Positions 1 through 11,287 of a stretch of DNA of 64,000 nt are shown here, in pieces (position 1 is the stretch's first letter; each line of letters opens with the position of its first letter). Origin of the DNA: Podarcis cretensis (taxonomy: Eukaryota). A model generated the notes under the pieces. That model was not told the origin of the DNA. It did not search any database and was given only the letters and a program-made list of their open reading frames with translations. The position numbers were made by a program, and so were the translations under genes. The stretch lies in NCBI GenBank assembly GCA_951804945.1, contig OX638158.1, forward strand, positions 18,476,001-18,540,000, given 5' to 3'.

Positions 1-1684
1 TGCTGACTCTGGTATCTGCCATCTGAGGCAAGCCACACTCTGCCTAATGGCAGAGCCGACCCTGGATATGCCCAGTACTGCAAGATTTATACAGATGTGA
101 TAGAGGACAGTGTAGCATGGAAATGGAGCCATACCACACACAACACTAGTCAGAAAATTGTAGCACATTTAACCAGTGATGCCTTGTCTTAGACTAAGGT
201 TCTCCTGAACTGAAAGGCTACACTGGCAGCCTTCCCTAACCTTCAGCCAATTTTGCCTGCTTCCTCTAATCCCTGGAGCTGCGTGTGCTACTTCTGGCCT
301 TACGGTGATGTGCTGGCATAGCGTTCGGTATACACTAAGCGGTTGTGAGTTTTCAGATGAGTGCATTAGATGTCTACCTTTCCCAAGTACTTTATAGGCA
401 TTAACTAAATTCACTTTCACAACCTCTGTAAGATAAGAGCTAAAGACACTTTTAATCTCCAGCACACAAAAGGGCAAACAAGTTAAAAGATATGTCCAAA
501 ATCCACAAAGGAAGTTGGAGTTGGAGCCAGGAGGAGAGGAGGGAACACTCTGCTCCAGTCGCCAGAGGCAAAGCTTTATTCTAGCAATGACAGCTAGTGA
601 TGAAAACAGGAGCATTACTGAATCAAATAAACAGAGCTCTAAAGGAAGCTCCCTTAACCTTTTATAGCTGGTGAATAGTTGTGGTGAAGCTAAACTTCAT
701 GACGTATTTGAGGAAGCTTAAAAATACAGAGAGGAAGGAACAAAAAGAGCTCAGACCCTTAGTATATAACCCAGTGATGGAAAATTTGGCCAAAGTGATG
801 ACCAAAGAGGCATAGGTTTTCCGCGGGGCATTTCCCCTTAGTCCGTTTAAATAGTATTTAAAATAAAGGTTTACTGGTCCTAGCCAGACAAGATGGAGAG
901 AAGCCAAATCAAATTATTTTGACAACATATGTGCTTGTCTTGATAATGTTATACTACATATTTAGGGTTTGTCCCATTCCCCCACTTCCAATTATCTTGT
1001 TCCTTTTCCTGAAAGTATGCGTGGAAGTTCATTGTTATTTTCACTGTACAACATGGCAACTTGAGGCTGGAACTAATGTATAATTATAAGAAACAAGTTT
1101 GATGAGAGGGTGTTTCTTCTATAGTTTTCTGTGAATGACTCAAAATGGATTACAGACCCAAACATCCCAGGGTGACATGGGCTGATCATTTTAGATAGCT
1201 GTTCTATTATTTTATTTTGATGTTTTTTTAAGTATTGTTCCAGTGTTCTTATTCTCGCTAGGTAAAAGAGTCTAGCTGGCTTCAACAAGTGAGAAAAAAA
1301 TTGTCATGAACACTCCCTTCTTCATGAGTGTACTTTGTTTTCTTCAAATATACAAACTGGGAGCCTTCAACTCAGCGTAACTTTTTAATATGGCCTTTGC
1401 TCCCTTCTTCTCAGGGTTGCCATATGACAACCCAGAGATTAGCATTACTATATAACCAAGTAAGAGATGCAGCAGCCATAGCTTTTCCATCACTTTTTCT
1501 TTCTAGCTCTCTTGATCATTCCTCTGTTTTACCTGCTGTAGAGAGTAGGACACCAGGTTTGCCACCCAGCAGCCAAGAAAGAGGACTGGTCATCAATAAA
1601 CTGGGAAACAGAAGCCATGGACCTCTTATCCCTTTGCCTCAGATGGGGTTCTTAAAAGAAGAGCATTAATACCTTAGTAAACTT

Positions 1685-2260
1685 AAGAACATAAGAGCCT
1701 GCTGGATCAAGCCAATGGCCCATCTAGTCCAGCATCCTGTTCCTGCAGTGGCCAACCAGATGATAAACCCTCAAGCAGGCTCCAAGCACCAGAGCACTCA
1801 CCTACTGCAGTTTCCAGCAACTGGCATTCAGAAGCATCACTGCCTTGGACTGTGAAGGCAGAGCATAGCCATTGGGGGCTAGTAGCCATTGATAGCCAGG
1901 GCTGGATTTAGGTTTGATGAGGCCCTAAGCTACTGAAGATAATGGAGCCCTTTATATGTCCAGCTGTCCTTTGTCAACAACAAATTGTCGCTGTTTTTTG
2001 TGTTGAATATATGCTATTTGGTAATTTATGGACCTAATAGGTATCTAAAGCCATTTGAACATAACAAAATATGCATTTTATCAAAGTAATTATTGAACTG
2101 AAATACAATTAAGAAGAAGTATATTAACAGTGGAAAAAAATTGGGGGCCCCCAAGAGAGTGGGGCCCTAAGCTATAGCTTGTTTAGCTTATCCGACACTG
2201 TTGATAGCTTTTATATTCCATGAGATTGTCCAATTTCCTTTTAAAGCCACCCAAAGGTTG
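1685..2260 (-). mobile_element. CR1-type retroposon 3' end, interrupted by a hAT MITE
   Basis: AAGAACATAAGAGCCTGCTGGATCA...CCATCTAGTCCAGCATCCTG is the reverse complement of a CR1-like tail. Related copies occur near 2315-2510, 20415-20580, 22890-23080 and 57030-57160. Boundaries approximate. Confidence 0.65.
1897..2200. mobile_element. Non-autonomous hAT DNA transposon (MITE)
   Basis: Perfect 8-bp TSD TTGATAGC (1889-1896 and 2201-2208). Imperfect terminal inverted repeats (TIRs) CAGGGCTGGAT... / ...ATCCGACACTG. Subterminal GGCCCTAAGCTA motifs at both ends. Confidence 0.85.
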
Positions 2261-5200
2261 GAAACGGGGAACATAACCTGCATGGTATGACAGATTCCAC
2301 TTCTCCATATTCCACATAAGAAGAACCCTACTGGATCACGCCATCTTGTGCAACATCCTGTTCTCACAGTGGCCAACCATATACGTAAAACAGCACTCTC
2401 CCCACTTCTAATTCCCAGCAACTGGTATGCAGAGACATGCTGCCTCCAACAGTTGCAGTAGAACAGATATCATGGCTAGTAGCTGTTGATAACTTTATCC
2501 TTCATGGAATTTGAAAGGCAGAGAGTGAAACCTACATACAAAGGCATAAAAATCCTCCATGTCCTTAGTATTTTTTCCTCAGGCAGTCTCTTAGGCCTAA
2601 ACAATATATGCAATAAAGGCTGCAAAGTATGCCTACTGATTTTCAACAGCCATCAGCCTTAAAGCCACTTATGATATTTCATCCATCTGTTCAGTTGTTC
2701 TATTTGTGTGCATGTTTTAATAACCAAATATGGTTACAGTTCGGATCCTAAGTCCTGCAGCCTATAAAAACCTCATGTGCTCCTGTTAGGGAAAAAAAAC
2801 CCCATTCCCTTATGGGTCCTCTTCTCTGCTGGAAACATTTGCCACACATCGTTTTGTTAGATTCATTTCTGATGGATTTATTTAATAGTTCAGCTTGGCA
2901 ATATATCAAAGAGCCTCACAGCAGCCATCTTCGCTGATGATGAGGGGGTATTTCTTTTACAGTTTCCTATGAATGAAAAAGCACTTCTAATCCCAGATGC
3001 TATCAGTTTACTAAGAATAATCTAATCTTTATGTAAGATCAGGTTGCTCTCAGATTTCAATGCATGGCTGTGAATGCTTATCTAAGTACAAGCAAAATGA
3101 TTTGTTTTACAAGGCCAGAAATTCCTCATGCACACTCACACATACACTCACAGGAAACAATTGATAAACTGTAAAACACCTTGACAAAGTAGTTTAATAT
3201 TCACCTGTGATAATATCACCTGCCTCCCACTCAGCAATTGATCTCTGAATGATTTACAATAAAATATCCAAAGCTTTGGAAGTTGTTTACATGTTACAGT
3301 TCATTTTACAAGTTACAAACTCAATCATGGAGAATACACGGCAACTGGTGTTCAGTCAGGTCCTCTCAGAGGTCTAGAAAGGCCCGGGTCATTCAATCTT
3401 TTGAGGCCTCTAGCCAAACAGGATGCAGCACATACAGCTCTGTCATCCAACAGAAGGTTTGGAATAGGGGGCTGACCTCACTGCCCCACAGCATTTGCCA
3501 CCTGAGGCAGTTGCCTCGCTCTGTCTCATGGTAGGGCTGACCCTGTGTTGTTGGACTTCCCACCATCACTAAACATTGGTTGTTCTGGCAGGAAATGATG
3601 GGAGTTGAAGTCAAACAATGTATGAGTGGCCACAGGTTCCTCATCCTTGATCTTTATAATATGCATGAGGCAAATCTAGTACTTGAAACAATTTGTTTTT
3701 CTTCCAGTTGGATAAGAATGCACAACCATGTATGGAAATTACAGAGGAACCTGATCCAAGAAGAATTCAGCAGCACATAAAATGGCAAGTTTTTATACTT
3801 TTCTTCAATCCTGACACTTCCCATGTAAACTGCATTCCCATTTTATCTGCATTCCCACATGGGAAAGGGTTGTGGCAGAAGGTCCCAGGTTCAGTCCCCA
3901 AGATCTTCTGGTAGTGTTGAGACTTCCCCATCTGAAATCCTGGAGCACTGTCAATTGCTTTAAATTTGGAATCTGACCTATGCAATCAGTAGTAGGCCAG
4001 TTAGTGTGGGATGTAATCCACTGGAGCAGTCAAGTACAACACTTCCTGTTTGCCTAGAGTGGACATGCAGGGGAATGTTGGCCAGCCAGTTGAACTTCCT
4101 GTTACACCTGGTCTGGAGCATCCTTTCCTTTGCATGTGACTAGTAGGTGGGCGTGACCTTTCCAGAACTTGCCTGTCTTGCCTGCTTCCTGCTTCACCTA
4201 GACTGCAATGCTGGCCAGCAGTCCCTAGGTTATCTCCCATATGGGGTAAACCTGTTTGTACATATTCATAACTTTAAGCCTAAAGACTGCCTTCAGGGAT
4301 CACACTGTGCTCTGCCTGATCGTGAGTAGAACTACTTTTTGTTACTTATGAATAAGACTGTTGTGTCTTTATTTTTTTAGGAAGGATCAAAGCGGTCTTA
4401 CCAGGAATAACAGAACATATCTCAATCTGGGCAAGCCAGATTGAATTGCTTATTGTCTTAAGAGACTCACACGAGTCTGCAACCAGCTTCCTGCTGTGCA
4501 ATACGGGAATGCACTCTGCTGTATGAAGAAACTTGCTAACGTGAGTTAGGAAGGATAATATTAATCAATATATCCTCTCCTGTTACCCACAACATTCCCA
4601 CAGTTAGATACCAGTCATGCACCAATGTGCATCTAGGCTGTAGGATCCATGCCACAGAGGAACATGATAATAATTGAAATTATTTTGCCGAATCTTCAAT
4701 GTCAGCTCACATATGTCTATGCCATCGATTGTTTAAGAGATGCAAATGATGCACATTATGTAAATTATGTGTAAAGTATTTACTTCACTTATTCCAGTGC
4801 CTTATTTACTCTGACTACTTATGAGAATGATTGGGAGAAGTGGCAGCCTAGCTTCTAAAAGGAAGTAGAGTGCAGCCTGTTAATGATCTTGGCGCTTAAA
4901 TGATCTAAAGAAGAAGGGAATATGCATAGACCAATTTGTGTGCCTTAATAAAAAAAATAAAAAAGATACAAAACAAAAACATATTTTTAAGCATGCAAAA
5001 TCTGGCAGATCATAATGGTATCATCTAGGCTAAGAATAGTTCACATTTTGCCATGGCTATTTACTTCATTAGATTTATGATCAGATATCAGCATTTATGA
5101 TTAATACAGTCAGCAATCACAAGCAGCTTTTATCAACCTCAAAGCAGGCAGATGCTATAGTTTGTGCCTGAGCAGAGAGTTAAACATTTGTGCTTTTGTG

Positions 5201-6204
5201 TATCTAGATGGTTTCATGTTTCATTGACTATTATTTCAGATGCAGAATTGTCGTACAAGCCTTAACATTGATCTTCCTGCCATATATCTGATAGCAGTAA
5301 AAACCCTGCTTGCTTGTTCTCTTTAATGAAACTCATTAGACTGTTTCTCCACTGAAAGAGATCAGTGGATCTATTTAACTCTATTAGTGAAATTGCCAAG
5401 CCTTTTAATTACCTGGTTCAGAATCCGAATTTGACAAGCTAATAATGCACACCTGTGTTCCAAACCAAGCCCAGTCCTCCCTCTTTCAAATTACAATTCA
5501 AGATGGGGGCAGGGATGGGTGGAAGGAGATGGGTTTGCCACCCTCTAGCCCATATTTACTGACCACATTCTAGTAGCTGCAGTTGTGGCAACACGAGAAA
5601 GGGTCTCTTTCTACCCTCACTGCTACTCCTAGTTCCCCTCCCGCTTCAACAGGGAAAACTATACTCCCCAGGAAGGAAAGAGGATGGAGCTAAGTGAAAG
5701 AGAGGCACCCTGGAGAAATGTGGACAATACCATTGTGAAGATGAGCCTATCCTGTTTTCCTCACATTTTAAGGCCACAGGGGAAGTGGTAGCAATTACCA
5801 GAGCAGCTTCTAGTCTGTTCCAGGTAAGCTAAAGCAAATCAGGGCCCTAGGCAGCTCCCACAGACCCTGCTGGCCGAGATATGAAAAAATGTTGGTCTCA
5901 AACCAAGGACCAGAGTCATTTGACGGCTGGTAGGGCCTTTCATTCCAGTGGCTTAAGAAAATTGTATGCAATATTTAAAGGGTTTGTAGCTGATTTGGCT
6001 GTCACATTCTCCTAAGTGGTCATGGAGCAGGAGAAGCTGCAGGGGAGTCTGTGGGTGATTGGAAAGCCATGTCCTCGGGGTGGTGGAGAAAGTGCTGCTC
6101 ACAGATCCCTCAGAAGTGAAGTGACTGGTGAGTTGTCTGAATCTGAGACTTCCTCTAGCCAACGCTGGGATCCTCAGGGGACATGACAGGATAAATAGCA
6201 GGCT

Positions 6205-7060
6205 GAATGCCCATACCCAATGAGTGCTTATTAATGGCTCTGAATCAACCTGGACCGATATCTCAAGTGAACTGCCATGGAGCACTGCCCTAGTCTCTGT
6301 GCTGTTCAACGTTTTCACAAATGACTTGGATGAGGGTGTAGAGGGAATACTTATCAAATTTGAAGATGACACAAAGCTGGAAAGGATAGAATCAAGATTC
6401 AAAATTATATTGACAGGCTGAAACAGTGGGCCAAACCCAGCAACATGGAATTCAACAGATAAATGTAAAGTCTTGCATTCAGGTGAAAAATGTCAAAGGC
6501 ACAAGTACAAGATAGGAGAGCCCTGGTTTGGCAGCAGTACGTGTGAAAAGGATCTTAGTTGTCATAGCTGATCGCAAGCTGAACATCAGCAGCTGCTAAA
6601 AACTAATGCTGCCTACAGTTGAACACATTGTTTATCAATCTCCTTTATACTGTATATCTGTTTAGACATATGCATTGCCTATATTAATCTGTATTTAAGT
6701 TGGGATCAATGAATTATTTTTATTGTCATTGTCAGCTGGTAATGTTTTTTGCTTTGTTTTTATATATTGCCAAATATTTTTTATGGAAGGGGAGGGGGCA
6801 ACCCAAATCAGTTTTAGGTTGTGCTAACAGGAGCATAGTGGCTAGATCACAGGAAGTAATATTTCACTATGGGTGGGTGACCAGGGTGATTAAGGGTTTG
6901 GTAATCCTATGAGGGACAGGTAAAAGAGCTTTCTTTCATTGGAACCTGGAAGTATTTAAACAGAGAATGAACAACCATATATCAGAGATTATGTAGTTTC
7001 CTGCACTACAGATTGGACTAAATGACTTCCAGGTCTCTTCTAGTTCTGTAGTTCTATTCT
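6205..7060 (+). mobile_element. Decayed CR1 LINE, ORF2 reverse-transcriptase fragment to 3' tail
   Basis: Peptide LINGSESTW...VLFNVFTNDLDEGVEGILIKFEDDTKL resembles the CR1 RT motif (LFNIFINDLD...KFADDTKL). It carries frameshifts and deletions and ends in a TTCTATTCT-type tail. Confidence 0.88.
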
Positions 7061-9409
7061 AAAGTTCATCATTATGGAAGTTCGTCATGATGTCCGATCA
7101 GCCAAATGTGTGAACAAATCTCCAAATGATATAAGAACATTCAATCCGAGCTGGCCTTTGGATGCTGAGATTAAGGTAGTAGAGGAATTAAGTATGTGTG
7201 TTAATATGAATCCATAGAATATTAAAAGGCAAATGAGAATATTTAAATCTATGCAAAACCCCTGAACTACATAATCTGAAGAGTCAGATGATGGTGCTTT
7301 TGCTTAATTATACTACTTCAGGCCATGGGGTGGGAATCATGCTTAAATGCTCGGGGGGCCCCCACAAAAGGCACCTCCCTTCACCATTTAAATGGTACAG
7401 TTGCAGAACTATACAACATGCTTTTTTCTGAAAATGTAGCTCAGACCTTAAGTTCTTCAACATTTCAACCATTTCAAACCATAAGGAGAGCTGGTTTTAG
7501 ACAGCAATAACCGAGGTCAATTCATCAGCATTATAATCACCACAATATTTATATAGCACATAAGCCTCGTATCTTTATTTCAAATAGGTTGTTTTTCACT
7601 CCCAAGGACAGTGATATACTAAAGATCAAAAACCAACATCTTATAATGTGAGAGATCCCCCCAAGTTATCAATAAACAGGTTCCCATTTGCAGGCAAAAG
7701 GTAGAAGTTTGAGTCCTGTACATAATGCTTGCATGGACATCATTAGGTTCTCTTCTGTTCCTTCCAGATATAATACTGTTCACCTTTACTAACATGATCA
7801 CAACCATTCACATGAGCCTATTGTTCCTGTTCTCTTTTCTCTTGAAACACACAGCAGCCTAGGTACTACTGTTATTTTCCTTTTAATAAGATAATAGTTT
7901 CACCTTATCAAAAAATTGTTAGACAGCTGGCATACTAATATTCTAACCTTGTCCACATTTAGTTGGAAATATCTGGCACTGATTTAAGTGGAGCTAACTC
8001 CAAGGTAAGATGACAAACTTTTCTACTGTCCTCTGTAACTATGCCTTTAAGAGAGGGTCAATATGCAGAATAGAGTTAGCTTAATTTTTTAAGACAGCAT
8101 GGAGATAAACCTCATCACCGGCAAGCTTCAGTAGATGAAGCTGATATTGAAGTCATAGTTGCAGAGGCCAGTTGAAAACGTGGCAGCCCAACTCCCAAGT
8201 ACTAAGGCACTGGACTGCAGCTTTACTCATATTTTTAGAAAATATACAAATCAAAATACATGGGCAAAACATATATGTAACTGTAATATCATGATATTCC
8301 TCTCCCTTCTCACCCCCACTCACTGCATTTTACCTAACTGAAAGTTTCAGATCTCCTGTATACTGGCATGTCATTTTGTTATTCCATAGAATGGCATAAA
8401 CAGCCAACATCTCCCTCTGTATAAATGAAATAATTACAAAGGGCACTGGTGCCTCATGCTTAGGGTGACTTTATCACTTTCACTTCTTAATTCATTTAAT
8501 TCTTCAGAGAAGATTATTGCAGACAGTGAAACCTTGGACATTGCTGAGAGAAAGGAGGGGGGGAATGTACTGTAGAGCAATTCATTTTGGTCCTCTTCAG
8601 CTATTGACGTGCTCCATAATATCTTCAGTGTGTTTCTTCAGCTCTTTCTGGTGTTTAACAACCTTATCATGAGGGCTTTTGTGTAACTGAGTGATGTGGA
8701 AAGCCCCTCTCTACTGAAAATAAAGGCAGGGGGGAGAAACCTGAATACTAGGCAATTGATAAATACGGTAATACTAGTTGGCTCCTATTAAGGTCCCCAC
8801 CCCACACCTGCTGCCTTTATTTTCAGTAAGATGTTCAATGTAAAGGAATAGGAAAACTTTCAAAAACAATAGCAAGGTATGGTTTTGGATACTGCCAAAG
8901 GTGTTCTTTTCAAAGATAGTGATTTTGTCTTAGCTTAATTTGTGAAAGAAGAGGGTTCTAGCTGCAACACTGTGCACAGCTGGAATAATTAATTGTATTG
9001 TGCATGGGGCAATACAGAACTCACAAACAGGCTTTAGAGTTGCTTTTACAGATTCTTGTGCTCCTTGATTTCAATTGCAATAGTCAAAGAAGATCAAATG
9101 CCACATGCACACTCAAAACTCACAGGCATTCTTTACTCGTCTTATTATTTCATACAGTGTTGCATAAACAATGAACAGGTGAGGCCATATTAAACAGAAG
9201 ATTGAGCAACTTGAAACCTTGCATCCTGCTAGTATAAATATAAGATATTTGGTGTATTTCTTGGACTGGCATAGCTATTTTTTGATCTCTAAAGATAGGC
9301 TTTGAGCAAATTAATAGTGTGCTGGGCACAAACCTATGAGTCAAACTCAGTTCTCAGACAGCAATCCACAATCCATCTGAGCTGGAGTGCTGGGAATGAA
9401 GGTAGCATT

Positions 9410-9815
9410 ATTTTATTTTACTTCTTTGTTAAGCAATTTCTCTATCACCCTTAACAAACATCCACAGGGTGGCTTACAAATTAAAAACATTGTAAATGCA
9501 TAATATAAAACATTTAGAAACAAAAACAACAAATTAAAATTGCAACAACAGTATCAGCAGACCAGCAGCAGTTCCAACAATTACATAATTCCACAATACC
9601 TGTATCTGTATCATACTTGCTCTCCATCAAAGTCCGGGGGAAGGCAAGAATTGCAACCTATCTCCGAGATGAAAGCAGTGATGGAGGAAGACACACCTCC
9701 ATGGAAAGGTCATGCCAGACTTGTGGAGCTGCCAGTGAGAGGGCTCTACTGCAGGCCCCTGCACTCAATATATCCTTGATTGGGGGAAGGGGCACCAAAA
9801 GCCTTTCCTGGTGAT
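9410..9815 (-). mobile_element. Decayed L2-like LINE 3' end
   Basis: (TTTTA)n tail and layout resemble the L2-type end at 30548-31010. Boundaries approximate. Confidence 0.45.
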
Positions 9816-11147
9816 GTTAAAGAACAGGCAATATAGCCTGGCTGACAGACCACACACTGCACTCATCACATCAAAGTTATCATGACTACGTCAAGCTCTG
9901 AATTGTGAGACTTCTGAACCGGGAGACAGCCAAACATTAGAGGCTGGATGGGATCACAAAAAGGAATCACACAGGGAAGCAGGTGGTGTTGGCCACCTTT
10001 CTCTGCCCTATTAACCTCTGCTTATCTTATTTCTCTTTTGGCAGCTTATTGCCCCAAAGGGTTGAAAGGGGGAGGGAAGGGGCCAATTAGCTCCTAAAGG
10101 ATACAAACACAGACAAATGATTGATGCAGCCCCTGGTTTCTGCTTCCCTGTGCCAGATTATCCTAGATTACATTTCACTGCTTTTGACATGATGGTGTTG
10201 TCAGGATCTTCAAGGTAGTCTACACAAACGGAAGTTCATATGCTAAAAGTGTTTCTGGACTGTACTACTTGAGTTTGCAAGATGGGGATCACATATGGGA
10301 ATTATTATCCCATATCAAAATAGAGAAAGATAGCTGCACACACAGAGAGAGAAATGCACGTGTTGGAGAAGGAACTTCTCCTTGGCACAAGAATTGTCTA
10401 CACACAAAGGTTGTTTCTTTGCCTATGGTGCAGCATTCAAACCTGCAGTCTGCACTCTAACCCCATATTCTAAAGCAGAACAGAACTGCTAATTGTGTCA
10501 CCCAGCCCTTAACCCCACTTGAGTCAAAGATCCATCTGGTGTAACTGATTTGAGATTTGGGCTGCAATCCTACACACACACAATAATATTTTGCTTCGAA
10601 GTAAATGCGGCTTGTTTAGCATCTGGCCTGTAAATCCATCCCACTTTCAATTGGAATAAATGCACTTAATAAATGCTTCCCCATGCTTTAATCTATGCTT
10701 TTTATTTTGTTATGTATTTATCTAACGGGAGGAGGGTGGGTGCAGCAGAATGTACAAGCCTTTTCTAATAGAGAGATTTGATTAGGCAGTCTAAGGTGAA
10801 AACCTGTGCCATTCCCCAGCAGCTGGAATTGCAGCAGACCATTTTCACCAACTGCTGAATGGAAGAGAGAGTATTGTCAAAAGGGGAGCTATGACTGTGA
10901 TGTCACCATATTTTTTGCCATCTGGCAGAAAACAGCATATGGGACCTTTTCCTGAAGTAAAATCATGCAGTATGGCTGCTGGGTATGCGAGCTTATTAAT
11001 AGAAAGCCGTGGTAGTCATACCAATAATACTAGGGCAGCTAGTTTAACAAGTATTTGGCACCACCAACATTCTAGATTATGTAAAGTAACATGACAATTA
11101 GAGAGGATTTGCAAGTAAAATATGGAGGTGAGAATGAAGGAAATTAA

Positions 11148-11287
11148 ATCATAGAATAATAGAATTGTAGAGTTGGACCACCTAGTCCAGCCACCTGCAA
11201 TGCAGGGATCTTTTGCCCAACATGAGGTTTGAACCCATGACCTGAGATTAAGAATCTCATGCTGTACCAACTGAGCTATCTCCTAGG
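11148..11287 (-). mobile_element. tRNA-Lys(CTT)-derived SINE with CR1-type tail
   Basis: Minus strand reads GATAGCTCAGTTGGTACAGCATGAGATTCTTAATCTCAGGTCATGGGTTCAAACCTCATGTTGGGC (tRNA-Lys-like, with A and B boxes), followed by ATCCCTGCATTGCAGG..GCTGGACTAG...CCAACTCTACAATTCTAT. Confidence 0.85.

Noticed and set aside
169-615. 148-aa minus-strand ORF and the many other 60-150 aa ORFs in the track
   Set aside because: No recognisable domains and no consistent splice or frame relationship to CACNA1C. Short ORFs of this kind are expected by chance in 64 kb.
5953-6421. Overlapping 149-aa and 65-aa ORFs as genes
   Set aside because: They are the antisense and sense readings of a decayed CR1 reverse transcriptase.
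11215-11287. Functional tRNA-Lys gene
   Set aside because: Stems carry mismatches and a deletion, there is no poly-T terminator, and it runs directly into a CR1-type tail. It is a SINE head.
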